Shown piece after piece: positions 27,951 through 37,257 of a stretch of DNA of 64,000 bases (positions within the stretch are counted from its first letter, which is position 1; the number at the start of each line of letters is the position of its first letter). The notes below the pieces were generated by a model that was not told where the DNA came from, ran no database searches, and worked only from the letters and a program-made list of their open reading frames with translations. The position numbers were made by a program, and so were the translations under genes. Origin of the DNA: Escherichia phage vB_EcoM-RPN242; the sequence record OL656110.1. One strand, written 5' to 3'.

Positions 27951-29140
27951 AATTTCCTCAATTTGGCTCTGGTGACCTGAGTTTGTTTAACGCCGTTGTA
28001 CTCAGTCAGTTCTTTGACACGACCACGGATGATCATATCGCCCTGCAAGAACTCTGTATCCATATAAGAGGTCTTCCAGGTAATTGTATTGCCTTCTGCT
28101 GTTTTGAAAGTAAACAGGTAGCTATCACCATATTCATTGGAGAAGAGGAAGGTGCGCTTGTCGAACCTGACTTGCACTTCCAGCATTTCACCGACTTCTC
28201 CCACCCATTTGTTCTCCGCCTTGCGGTCAGTACGAGGACGATGGATGTAATCGTAATACTTCTTGGCACCCCAGCGGACTGTGTTGTTATCCTTGATGAG
28301 GTGATAGCCGGGTTCACACATGCGTTTCAGGCGAACATTGAACTCATTAGATTCAGACAGTGCACTGATGAAGAGCTTCATATGGTACATTTCCGACTCG
28401 GCGTCTTCACGGTATTCGTGTGCCTTGTTTACGAAATACTCTTCATCGGAACCTGCTTTTGGTTTCTGGTGAGACCGGACATAGCCCAGTACTTTGTCAA
28501 ACAGTTCAGACTTGATATCCACGCCTGCCAGCATCACCTGGAAGCATGCGCGCAGGAAACTGTGGGTGTCGACGAAGCGCTCATTTTGGACGCGATATAT
28601 ACCCTCTGGGTCGTCCTCGTCTGGCATGAAGAACTCTTGGATTTCCAGATAGTAAGACATAATCGCATCAAGCGATTTCTGATGAGGCACATAATGATGC
28701 ATACAGGTGCTACCAATCAGCATCTGGGTATGCGTTTCCTCATTTTCAATCACATACGTGTTCTTGCGACGGATGGCTAGATTGCAATGCTGACACCAAG
28801 AGACGTTCTCTGTCTCGAAGCGACGGATGAAGTCAGGATTGATGTTGTCGGACAGGCGGTTAAGAATAACCTTTGGATATTCGTGATTGAACTGACCGAT
28901 GATCTTCCAGCCACCATAAGAGATGGGGCGGTCAATGCCTTCGCCTTCGAGAGTAACAGGTTTCCACCAGTGAGTAAGGATCTCACCAGTGAAGTCGCGG
29001 GTGTGGGTTTTGAAGGGTTCACCATAAGTCACAGTCGGAAACGGAACACCCAACCTTTCGGCAGTGCGCTCGAGCTTCTTCAGTCGCTCAACTACCAACC
29101 CTTCATTGTCGATCGGAATATTGAATGTTTTGACGTTCAT
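27947..29140 (-). CDS. hypothetical protein (397 aa)
   Basis: ATG 29140 with SD GAGG (track start 29173 is TTG); lies downstream of gp41 where T4 has primase, but no primase motifs seen. Confidence 0.5.
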   Translation of the reverse strand: MNVKTFNIPIDNEGLVVERLKKLERTAERLGVPFPTVTYGEPFKTHTRDFTGEILTHWWKPVTLEGEGIDRPISYGGWKIIGQFNHEYPKVILNRLSDNINPDFIRRFETENVSWCQHCNLAIRRKNTYVIENEETHTQMLIGSTCMHHYVPHQKSLDAIMSYYLEIQEFFMPDEDDPEGIYRVQNERFVDTHSFLRACFQVMLAGVDIKSELFDKVLGYVRSHQKPKAGSDEEYFVNKAHEYREDAESEMYHMKLFISALSESNEFNVRLKRMCEPGYHLIKDNNTVRWGAKKYYDYIHRPRTDRKAENKWVGEVGEMLEVQVRFDKRTFLFSNEYGDSYLFTFKTAEGNTITWKTSYMDTEFLQGDMIIRGRVKELTEYNGVKQTQVTRAKLRKL

Positions 29141-29221
29141 TTCCAGCCTCATGATGTAGTTGTAACTCTTCAATACAGATTAAATATTAGGCGATTATTT
29201 CTTGAAAGTAAAGTTATTGAA

Positions 29222-29248
29222 GTAAAAGCCCAGTACTTGACTGGGCTT
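29222..29248 (-). terminator. rho-independent terminator
   Basis: 9-bp stem AAGCCCAGT/ACTGGGCTT, 5-nt loop, U-rich on minus strand; 18 nt after stop of ORF 29266-29580. Confidence 0.45.
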
Positions 29249-29265
29249 CTTGGTGTTCGATTGAC

Positions 29266-29580
29266 TTATTCGCCACTGGCATTCGGATCTCGATCGGGCT
29301 TGGCGTTCGGGAATAGAGACTCGTATAAGTCTTGATATTTCTCGCTCGTTTCGATCGTCTTATGGTAAGTTCCATTGGCGCGGTCGGATACAACCTTGCG
29401 CAAGTCGCTGGCCTTGATACCCGTGTCTTTCGCCAGCTCGGCCAGAGTCTCAGTAATGAAAGTCTGTTCCGACTTGATGCGGACCTGGGCGGCACGACAG
29501 TTTTCAATTGCACCTATCAGCTTGCGACGGGATTCAGGATCAGATGGTAGTACATAAAAGCCGATTTGTTCTACAGACAT
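29266..29580 (-). CDS. hypothetical protein
   Basis: 104-aa ORF, SD AGAGGAA. Confidence 0.5.
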   Translation of the reverse strand: MSVEQIGFYVLPSDPESRRKLIGAIENCRAAQVRIKSEQTFITETLAELAKDTGIKASDLRKVVSDRANGTYHKTIETSEKYQDLYESLFPNAKPDRDPNASGE

Positions 29581-29595
29581 TTGGTGTTCCTCTTG

Positions 29596-29931
29596 TTAAG
29601 ATCTCATACCTTGTGGGATCAGATTAGTCCCGCAACGGCGTAAAAAGAAGTTTACGATTGAGTGATACTGGAACTTCGGGATGATCTCTACACCATCTTC
29701 CGTCGTATACCATTCCACTGTGTTGGTGCGCACTGGAAGGGGGAATGACGGCAGATCTAGCTGTACGAGTTCACCCTCTTGGCATATCATACCAATTCCA
29801 TATTCCTCCCAGATTTTACGATTGTTGAAGAACTCCAGAGTCTGCTCCGGACTCAGCTCAATCGCTTGTTTGGTGTGGCACACCTGTTTGGCGGCCTGCA
29901 CCAGGCCAGCCATAAAATCATTGTGTGACAT
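29596..29931 (-). CDS. hypothetical protein
   Basis: 111-aa ORF, SD AGGAG. Confidence 0.5.
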   Translation of the reverse strand: MSHNDFMAGLVQAAKQVCHTKQAIELSPEQTLEFFNNRKIWEEYGIGMICQEGELVQLDLPSFPLPVRTNTVEWYTTEDGVEIIPKFQYHSIVNFFLRRCGTNLIPQGMRS

Positions 29932-29995
29932 GATGTGCTCCTGGTTTACATTCAGATCATAGAATTATACCCTATGACCCGCCTTATTGAATTGC

Positions 29996-31420
29996 CTAGA
30001 ATTTCCAATTATTGACCGTTTGGGCTTTCTGCTCATCGCTGGCAGCAGCCCCGGACTTGTTGAGGTCATGTTTGATGTGTACGTTTTCGACATATTTGGC
30101 CTCAGCCTCAGTCAGGTCCTTCTTAACTTCATTCCAGTCCAGGTCAAACAGGATCTGTTTGTCTTGGTCCATACCAAACAGGAATGATTTCAGCTTCTGC
30201 TTGTTGGCATAACGGTTCTTGAGTATTGAGGCTCGGGCTTTCTTGACCGCCGCCAGTTCGTCAGGAGCATAGAATGCCATGATGAAGTCGGCCACCTTCG
30301 GAATACCGATAGCATCTGCCAAATCACTGATTCCACCATCAGTGCTATTCTGATTCTCACGATTGAACTGCATACCAGTCCATACAGGGACATCAAACTC
30401 AAATCCCAGCGCACGAAACTCACGAGCCACAGACGTGTAATAGACGTTCGTGTTCTGCATCAGGTGGGCAGGCAGGCGCGAGGAAGCAGCTTCGCCAAGA
30501 TAGTCAATAACGATAACATCAGGAGCACGACCAGTTGCCTGGATGTACTCAAGGATATCGCGGCGGAATAAACCTGTGTGTCCAGTACCGGAAGGATATT
30601 CCTTGATGACGATATCACCCTTGGGCGCACCATCTTGGCGACTGCGGAGCTTCTCTATCGTTGCAATATACTCGTGCCTTGTGAGTTTCTCTAAAGACTC
30701 AAAGTCGCGACGCATGATACGGGCATCAAGACGGTGTCGCCAGACGTTCTCAGCCACTTCAAGGGTGAAGACAAAGACGTTCAGCCCCTGCTCAGAGTAC
30801 CCTGCGGTCAGGTCAATCAGCGTTGTGGTCTTACCTGCGTTGATCGCACCTGTTACGATGTTCAGTGTCTTCTTACCAACGCCACCACGTGTCGCCTTAT
30901 TGAATATCTCAACTGCGAACGGGATCTTGGCCTCGTTGGAGTTCATGTGGTCATACTGCTCTGCCGCCATCTCCCAATAGATGTGACCGAGGTATGAATC
31001 AAACCGGATCGCCAGGGCTTCCTGCAACATGGTCGGGATGTTGTTCATCTCGTCCTTGCGCTTCTCGTCACCGTAGATGTTAACGGCGGTCTTGATTGCG
31101 TTGTGTACGGCCTTTTGCCGCGCCCAAGCCTCGGTTTCCTTCGCCAGCCACTCTTCATTGAAGGTGTTGTCGTTGATGTTCTCTAGGGCAGATACCGCCT
31201 GGTCAAACACATATTCGTTCAGCTTTGTCCGTTCAAGAATTATAGATAGTGCTTCGACAGACGGGCGGGCATTGTACTCTGAGGTATAACTGTCAATCAG
31301 ACCAAAGATGACCTTTTCGCCTTCGTTGTCAAAATAATCGGCTTTCAGGTACGGCAGGATCTTTCTTTGGTAATCTTCATTGTAAATCAACTGTGAAAGC
31401 ACGACAGATTCGAGTAACAT
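29996..31420 (-). CDS. 41: replicative DNA helicase (gp41, DnaB-like)
   Basis: ATG 31420 gives 475 aa (T4 gp41 is 475 aa); N-terminus LLESVVLSQLIYNEDYQRKILPYLKADYF parallels T4 gp41; Walker A GAINAGKTT. Confidence 0.9.
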   Translation of the reverse strand: MLLESVVLSQLIYNEDYQRKILPYLKADYFDNEGEKVIFGLIDSYTSEYNARPSVEALSIILERTKLNEYVFDQAVSALENINDNTFNEEWLAKETEAWARQKAVHNAIKTAVNIYGDEKRKDEMNNIPTMLQEALAIRFDSYLGHIYWEMAAEQYDHMNSNEAKIPFAVEIFNKATRGGVGKKTLNIVTGAINAGKTTTLIDLTAGYSEQGLNVFVFTLEVAENVWRHRLDARIMRRDFESLEKLTRHEYIATIEKLRSRQDGAPKGDIVIKEYPSGTGHTGLFRRDILEYIQATGRAPDVIVIDYLGEAASSRLPAHLMQNTNVYYTSVAREFRALGFEFDVPVWTGMQFNRENQNSTDGGISDLADAIGIPKVADFIMAFYAPDELAAVKKARASILKNRYANKQKLKSFLFGMDQDKQILFDLDWNEVKKDLTEAEAKYVENVHIKHDLNKSGAAASDEQKAQTVNNWKF

Positions 31421-31427
31421 TGGCCAC

Positions 31428-31757
31428 TTACCCCACCAAAAATTTATTATATTCCTGAGCATTACGCTGCATGAGGTCTACAAGGATATCCCCTGACACC
31501 TCAGTGAACAAGTCATTTTCTTTCAAATTCACAAACATCAGACGCAATGGTTTATTCAATATATCAGTCACGAAAGACAGGCGGGGTTCGCCGTCCACTT
31601 CGTTGATGGCCACCTTGCCGAACCGGAATTGAACACCACGGAATTTGCCAGAAGTGATCTTGATGATCGCCAGCTGATCAGCACCAGGGTCGATGATTGT
31701 GTAGTTATTGGGGGAGTCTCCTCCCCCTCCACTGTTATTCGCTTGTGTTAATAACAT
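31428..31757 (-). CDS. hypothetical protein at the T4 gp40 position
   Basis: ATG 31757 (aa 18 of track ORF); Gly-rich N-terminus; between uvsX and gp41. Confidence 0.4.
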   Translation of the reverse strand: MLLTQANNSGGGGDSPNNYTIIDPGADQLAIIKITSGKFRGVQFRFGKVAINEVDGEPRLSFVTDILNKPLRLMFVNLKENDLFTEVSGDILVDLMQRNAQEYNKFLVG

Positions 31758-32820
31758 GGTCCATTTGCTCCAGCATGTTACCAGGCATAACAGTACCGTT
31801 AGAAACACCGAACATTTTCTTCACGTCATCGGCGAAGTTGACATTCTCCAGCAGCGGATACCAGAAATCATCATCCATCTGACGCTTCTGATATTTCTTT
31901 TCCTTCTCAGGATCGAAACCACCCTTGGCTGTACGCACATACCAACCGGAAGACGGCATATCAACATAACCCAGAGCACGAGCGATCTCAAGCAGGCCGC
32001 TCCAGCGATCAATACCACCGTTGTACAGTACCGTCACAGGGAGCTTGGCTTTCTCTTTGACATGGCGACCTTTCATGATGCTTATGTTGAAGTTCCAACC
32101 CAGCAGATCTTTGTCTTCCTTCACCTGAGAACGGGTGATAAACCAGATCAAGTTGGAGGATAAGAAGCCCTGTTTGCCGCCTTTGATGTTAGGCTCGGCA
32201 TATTGGTTGCCGATCTCATCGTAATAGGAGTTGATCCAAACACACACGAGATTTTTGCTGTTGATTTCGGGAGTCATGACACGCCAGAAGCTGTTAAGGG
32301 CACGGGCGCGGGTCATGTCCTGAGTGTCGTTCCCTTTGATCGCATCTTCAACTTCCTTGGTGGAGGGAAGTTGGCTGATAGAGTCGATGAAGATTATAAC
32401 ATGGTCGCCTTTCTTGACTTCCTGTAGGATCTGCAGCAAGCGGATCTTGGTCTGTTCAACGTTGTCGATCGGTACGTACAGGACGCGGTCCATGTCAATG
32501 CCCATAGAGGTCCAGTAATCGGCGTTGGCACCCTTTTCTGAGTCAGCAAATACACAGATAGCGTCAGGGAACTTGTCCATGTACGCCTTGACGTCCACCA
32601 GACCGAACATCGTTTTGAAGGTACGGGAATCACCCACCATCATCTTGATACCGGAGATCAGACCGCCGTCAATACGCCCAGACCATGCGATATCGATCAG
32701 GGGAATACCAGTAGAACAGATGATAGACGGTTCCAGAGCGTCGGATTTGGACAGCACTGAAGCCTGGTCATCGTGTTTCTTAGCAACCTTCAGCATGCGG
32801 TCCATTAATGAACTGGCCAT
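31735..32820 (-). CDS. uvsX: RecA-like recombinase UvsX
   Basis: 361 aa; clear similarity pattern to T4 UvsX (DSRTFKTMFGL, VIIFIDSISQL, KGRHVKEKAKL); SD GAGGAA. Confidence 0.9.
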   Translation of the reverse strand: MASSLMDRMLKVAKKHDDQASVLSKSDALEPSIICSTGIPLIDIAWSGRIDGGLISGIKMMVGDSRTFKTMFGLVDVKAYMDKFPDAICVFADSEKGANADYWTSMGIDMDRVLYVPIDNVEQTKIRLLQILQEVKKGDHVIIFIDSISQLPSTKEVEDAIKGNDTQDMTRARALNSFWRVMTPEINSKNLVCVWINSYYDEIGNQYAEPNIKGGKQGFLSSNLIWFITRSQVKEDKDLLGWNFNISIMKGRHVKEKAKLPVTVLYNGGIDRWSGLLEIARALGYVDMPSSGWYVRTAKGGFDPEKEKKYQKRQMDDDFWYPLLENVNFADDVKKMFGVSNGTVMPGNMLEQMDHVINTSE

Positions 32821-33347
32821 TTCACTTCCTCTTTATTGTTGATCGTCGTTAATAATTCTACACCCATAACCTTCTGGGACAAAATGTTAACCGCCTCTTG
32901 GATGCTCTTCAGGGACATTGTCTCAACAAGTGACGATGCGTCATTATGCCGGTCGGTTAGGTACATATTGCGCAGATTGTTGTAGTTCGTGCGGTTGATG
33001 CACGCAGTGTTCAGTGCTATATTCAGGATATACATCATCTGTTCAATGGTTACATCCTTTGGCATAGCGTGGATGTAATAGATCGAGCCTTCAAAATAGA
33101 CGTCTACCAGTTCATCTGGTATCTTGATGCCACCACCGGCATACTCTTCGATCATCCTGAACAGAGACTCTGGTTGCTCGCTGGCGATCTTATGCGTAAC
33201 AGTCGCCGAAAGACCGTCGCCTGGTTTAACAGGCCTGTTGTATTCAGTAAGGAATACATTATGTCCGCCGCCGATGATGTGCTCGGCGAATTTGGAGGAT
33301 GCCTGAGCAGCGTTCTCCGCATGGTATGAAACGACGACTGTAAACAT
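32805..33347 (-). CDS. hypothetical protein at the T4 beta-glucosyltransferase position
   Basis: 180-aa ORF; TAATG-coupled to the downstream nucleotide-modification operon. Confidence 0.5.
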   Translation of the reverse strand: MFTVVVSYHAENAAQASSKFAEHIIGGGHNVFLTEYNRPVKPGDGLSATVTHKIASEQPESLFRMIEEYAGGGIKIPDELVDVYFEGSIYYIHAMPKDVTIEQMMYILNIALNTACINRTNYNNLRNMYLTDRHNDASSLVETMSLKSIQEAVNILSQKVMGVELLTTINNKEEVKWPVH

Positions 33348-33901
33348 TAGAACTCCAGGGTCAGAGGGGTTTCTGCGGACTTATCGTAATCCGCGCCACC
33401 AGCAGCACGCAGGCGATTGCGATCGTTCTTGCGTTTGTGTGCCAATATGTAAGTCTCAATGTCGATCTCCATATAAGAACACGCAGACGACAGGAAGAAC
33501 ATGAGAGTCTCAACGCAAGGATCGTTCATGAATTGCCCAAGGCGGTACGTAACATTGCGATGCCCTACAACACCCAAAGCAGATGGGGTGAATTCGCGAT
33601 TACTAAGGACTTCAAATTCTTCTTCGATCTCACCTTTGGTGCGGTCCACAAGGATGAAGCACAACATGAAGTGTACCACGTCCACCAGTTCATAAACTGC
33701 GTTCGTATGGTCAAACCCGATGTCGTTGCCATAGACCTTCCAGTCACGGGTGGTTTCATCAAGGAACTCTGCCCACTCACGATAGATGGAGTTGATGACT
33801 GCGTTCTGACTCCATACATTCTTCCACTCTTCCCCAAAGTAGGCCACGTTGGTGGCCTTTTGGAGTTCGAGCAGGCTTTTGATATGTCCTGCTGTGATCA
33901 T
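33347..33901 (-). CDS. all-alpha dimeric dUTPase/dCTPase-family NTP pyrophosphatase (gp56-like), putative
   Basis: 184 aa; conserved acidic/aromatic helix segments typical of dimeric dUTPase family as recalled; ATGA-coupled upstream of dNMP kinase. Confidence 0.5.
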   Translation of the reverse strand: MITAGHIKSLLELQKATNVAYFGEEWKNVWSQNAVINSIYREWAEFLDETTRDWKVYGNDIGFDHTNAVYELVDVVHFMLCFILVDRTKGEIEEEFEVLSNREFTPSALGVVGHRNVTYRLGQFMNDPCVETLMFFLSSACSYMEIDIETYILAHKRKNDRNRLRAAGGADYDKSAETPLTLEF

Positions 33902-34467
33902 TTACGTTCTCCGTAGAATTTAACGAACGGTTCCCAACCATCAAATGGATTGAGGAATTCGTAGTCCACTTTCATTTGGTCAATGAAAGCCTCTATATCG
34001 TCCTCTATGATACCAGCACGGTCGGCCTTTGAAATACGGGTGATAGGACATTTCGTACTCAGCGCCCATTCATATTCCTGAGGGGTACGCAGATCGCTCA
34101 CGATATAATGGACGTGGGGGTTCTGCTCTACCAGAGGAAGCTGGAAGCGCTTGAAGAATGCCAGGAACAGATCGGGTTGTACGTAACGCAAGCCCGTATC
34201 GCTGCCTAGATGAAGCCAGATCTGCCGTGGAGTTAAGCCCTTGGGGTTATCAGGGTGGGTGTAAGGAACGTCCTTCACGGCATCCTCTACCTCCGCTGGG
34301 AGCCATGGGTAGATGTAGTTGGCTACACGGCGCAGTTCATCAGAGAAAGAAAGGCGCTGTATGTCCATATCACCCTGTAAGTGGTGATAACTGATCAGGG
34401 ACTCCAAACAGAAGTCCTTACCGGAGCGTTTGCGCCCCGTAAAGAATTCAAGATTTGGGTACATCAT
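33898..34467 (-). CDS. 1: deoxynucleoside monophosphate kinase (T4 gp1-like)
   Basis: P-loop FTGRKRSGKD matches T4 gp1 LSGVKRSGKD. Confidence 0.8.
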   Translation of the reverse strand: MMYPNLEFFTGRKRSGKDFCLESLISYHHLQGDMDIQRLSFSDELRRVANYIYPWLPAEVEDAVKDVPYTHPDNPKGLTPRQIWLHLGSDTGLRYVQPDLFLAFFKRFQLPLVEQNPHVHYIVSDLRTPQEYEWALSTKCPITRISKADRAGIIEDDIEAFIDQMKVDYEFLNPFDGWEPFVKFYGERK

Positions 34468-35510
34468 ACTACACCTTCCAGGAACTTAGGATCAACGATC
34501 TTGCGGTCAACCGGAGAATGGGTGAGCGCGGTGTTCAAGCCATGATCCTGAATCAGGTCCAGGTTAATGAGCTTTTCGTTCAGTTTGCAGTGCAGACAGT
34601 ACGCCATCTGTACAATCAGGCCGCGATCCGCATCGTATTCCTTCAGGTGGGCGACCACAGTTTCCCAAGGGCTGCCGATATCACAGTGATGAAGCACGCC
34701 AGTGAACAGATTGCGGATATGGTTCTGGTTGGTCACGTTCTTGAAGTGAATCATGGAGTTGATGAACCCAGCTTCTACTTTGGTGTCCTTCGTGATCTTT
34801 CCCAGCTGCTTCTGGCTGACTTCATTGTTGTAGTAATGAAGATTGTTAGAGAATAGCTTGTACTGACCGACATCAACATCCAGCACCCGAGCAATCACTT
34901 CCTGAAGAATAGAGAACTCAATGAAGTTGATTGAACTCATCCCCCACAGAACATCCTGTGAGCGATTGATGACCGTCAGGTTCAGACGACCTTCAACGAT
35001 GGCGAACAACAGAGCCAGGTTACACACCATGTCCTTAGTCTTCGCTTCGCCGCTCTCGCTGAACTTCGCCAGACCAGCATCCGAATCTAGAGCCGGGTCA
35101 TAGATGGTGAGGTACGCCTGGCGAGTGTTTGGGTTCTTGCGCAGGCGGTTAATAACGCTATCCAGCTGGCCATGGGCGTACAGACGCGGACCATAAGCAG
35201 CTCGCCATGTTACCCCATCATCCGAAAAGTTAGCAGCGCGAGGCAATACGCGTGACAGGAACTTTATGTCGTTGCGGCCTGACAACACCCAGAAGGTCTC
35301 GCCGATGGCAGCGATAGCCGATGAGTTGCGACCTTCAATAGAGAGCCAGCGGTCACGGATGTCGGCGACGGTTATGGTCACGCCATCAAGGAAGCGGGTG
35401 CTATCAGTATTGATTTCAGCATTACCAGGATCAGATTCGATCCCGAATTCACGGATAGCCAAGACAGCCTGCTTCAGCATGTCATTGTTGTTAATTGCTT
35501 TGATTTCCAT
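34464..35510 (-). CDS. thymidylate synthase-family enzyme, uracil-type (TS or dUMP hydroxymethylase)
   Basis: TS motifs GETFWVLSGRND, NPNTRQAYLTIYDP, catalytic Cys in KDMVCNLALLF, RSQDVLWGMSSINFIEFSIL, LHYYNNE (Asn as in dUMP-specific enzymes); ~80-aa C-terminal extension. Confidence 0.8.
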   Translation of the reverse strand: MEIKAINNNDMLKQAVLAIREFGIESDPGNAEINTDSTRFLDGVTITVADIRDRWLSIEGRNSSAIAAIGETFWVLSGRNDIKFLSRVLPRAANFSDDGVTWRAAYGPRLYAHGQLDSVINRLRKNPNTRQAYLTIYDPALDSDAGLAKFSESGEAKTKDMVCNLALLFAIVEGRLNLTVINRSQDVLWGMSSINFIEFSILQEVIARVLDVDVGQYKLFSNNLHYYNNEVSQKQLGKITKDTKVEAGFINSMIHFKNVTNQNHIRNLFTGVLHHCDIGSPWETVVAHLKEYDADRGLIVQMAYCLHCKLNEKLINLDLIQDHGLNTALTHSPVDRKIVDPKFLEGVV

Positions 35511-36169
35511 CAGATACTCCCAAAATCACGACAGAGGAATGCCATCACAGCCTGGTCTACTGTTAGGCCGTGAGACTTCATCATACCCGCAGCCACCGTA
35601 GGGAACAAGTCTTTATGTCGTTGACGATGGTCATGAACTCTCTCCCACTTCTCGACCACCAGACTTTCATTGAAGTCCACACCACCGTTACGTGATTTAA
35701 CGCGGGAGATACACGTTTCAAGGGGAGTGTCCATAAAGAGCACAACCAATTCACGTGGTGGGCGTGTCAGGCGGGGGATCCAAGAACTCAATAATGTTGA
35801 TGGAATGATACCTTCGAAAATCACATCATATTTCAAGTATTCTGGTTGGTCAGCAATAGACAACGCGAACAACATCTGCTCAGTGTCCTTCAGGGAATCA
35901 ACCCCCTTGGACTTCGACTTGTCATATTTACCGATACAGACCACGTTGAACGAAGGACAGACAGTCAGCATGACCTTGCCGTTATGGGTCACGACATACG
36001 CCTGAGGATCCCTCTCCGCCAGCTGAGAAGGCACAGTGGATTTACCGCTACCATTGGAGCCTTTGACGTAGTAGATTTGCCCTCGTGCTGGGTAGATCCC
36101 CTTTACGACGGGTGGTTTAAAGAATGTGTGGACGGGGCGCTTCATCAGCCCCTTCAGGGAGTAGGACAT
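35510..36169 (-). CDS. P-loop kinase, candidate 5-hydroxymethyl-dU DNA kinase
   Basis: ATG 36169 with SD GGAG (track start is TTG); Walker A GSNGSGKST; stop overlaps TS-family start (TGATG). Confidence 0.55.
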   Translation of the reverse strand: MSYSLKGLMKRPVHTFFKPPVVKGIYPARGQIYYVKGSNGSGKSTVPSQLAERDPQAYVVTHNGKVMLTVCPSFNVVCIGKYDKSKSKGVDSLKDTEQMLFALSIADQPEYLKYDVIFEGIIPSTLLSSWIPRLTRPPRELVVLFMDTPLETCISRVKSRNGGVDFNESLVVEKWERVHDHRQRHKDLFPTVAAGMMKSHGLTVDQAVMAFLCRDFGSI

Positions 36170-36244
36170 AAACTGCTCCAATAAACAAAAGGAGCTGCTA
36201 TTATAGCAGCCCCTTCATCTATTGAACAGTTTCTGAACTTAAAT

Positions 36245-37081
36245 CTACACAGCTTTCGCTTCAGCCAGAGCCTGTGGAAGCCATTCATTGATCGCCTTAA
36301 CCAGAGACTCAGCATCAGACTCTTTGATCTTCTGACGTTTGGTGAAGGACTTACCGTTCACGTACAGACTGAAGCCCCAGCCACCGGAAACGATAGGCGC
36401 AACGTCGACATACGTATTGGTGCGGGCGTGAAGGTTTTCAGGGTTAGCCAGTTCGGTGACCGGGAACTGGAACCAACGCATGTCTGGGTTCACGTAGCTC
36501 AGGAACACGCCGGGAACAACACCAGCTTCAATCGCCGCCAAGACCGGACCGTGATTAGAAGCGCGAGCCAAGTCAACCATTTCCTCACGTTTGGTGTGAC
36601 GGCGTTTACGCTCTACCAGCGCCGCCTGCGGGGTCAGGGTCTTACCCTTCGATGCTTCTTTCAACATAGAAGACGCCAAGGAACCGATTTTCGCGTCGGA
36701 CGGCTGATTGCCTTCTTCCAGCGCCGCGTTGACTGCATCTTCAACCGCGTCTACCGGGGCGTCGGACACTGGGGCTTCACATGCATCGGCAGAGATCGGT
36801 GCTTCAGCATCAATGGTTTCAGCGACTTTCAGCGATACTTCAGCTTGGGCTTGCTCTTGGGCTTGCGCCAGAGCCTGCTGAGTTTCTTCCTTCTCTTCGG
36901 CGCTCAGACCTTCAATCAGTTCGAAGCCGTTGGCAGCCTGAAGAACACCTTCAACCATACGGCGCAGGGTAACGTTTCCGATGATCAGACCTGCTTCTTT
37001 GATTTCAGCCTGAATAGCAGCAACGTCTTTGCCTTCAATTTCAATTTTGGTTCCAGAATCCACATGAAGAATATATGACAT
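36245..37081 (-). CDS. hypothetical protein with acidic Ala/Glu-rich linker
   Basis: 278-aa ORF; low-complexity central region; conserved-looking C-terminal domain. Confidence 0.5.
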   Translation of the reverse strand: MSYILHVDSGTKIEIEGKDVAAIQAEIKEAGLIIGNVTLRRMVEGVLQAANGFELIEGLSAEEKEETQQALAQAQEQAQAEVSLKVAETIDAEAPISADACEAPVSDAPVDAVEDAVNAALEEGNQPSDAKIGSLASSMLKEASKGKTLTPQAALVERKRRHTKREEMVDLARASNHGPVLAAIEAGVVPGVFLSYVNPDMRWFQFPVTELANPENLHARTNTYVDVAPIVSGGWGFSLYVNGKSFTKRQKIKESDAESLVKAINEWLPQALAEAKAV

Positions 37082-37151
37082 AATAAAAACCCTTTCGTTA
37101 TTAAGACCGTATCCGCGGCATATTGTTGTTCTGACTGTGTAGTGAGAACAT

Positions 37152-37179
37152 AATATACTGCATTTTCATAGATGTAAAC
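37152..37179 (-). promoter_or_regulatory. candidate sigma70-like promoter (GTTTAC, 16-nt spacer, TATATT)
   Basis: minus-strand -35 at 37174-37179 and -10 at 37152-37157 in a 176-bp intergenic region. Confidence 0.2.
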
Positions 37180-37257
37180 TACTTTTTATTGAAAAGAAAG
37201 TTAACACCTAAGTGTTATAAGGTGCGCGACCAAGCGGAGCGCGAACTTGCGTGAATA

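Noticed and set aside
27983-28780. 265-aa plus-strand ORF inside the 397-aa minus-strand gene
   Set aside because: Low-complexity hydrophobic translation; the surrounding block is minus-strand and translationally coupled.
27947-29140. 397-aa ORF as the DNA primase
   Set aside because: A clear gp61-like primase with zinc ribbon and TOPRIM motifs is present at 55594-56652; this ORF lacks those motifs.
36428-37078. 216-aa plus-strand ORF inside minus-strand gene 36245-37081
   Set aside because: Arg/Phe-rich low-complexity translation; contradicts the minus-strand operon organisation.
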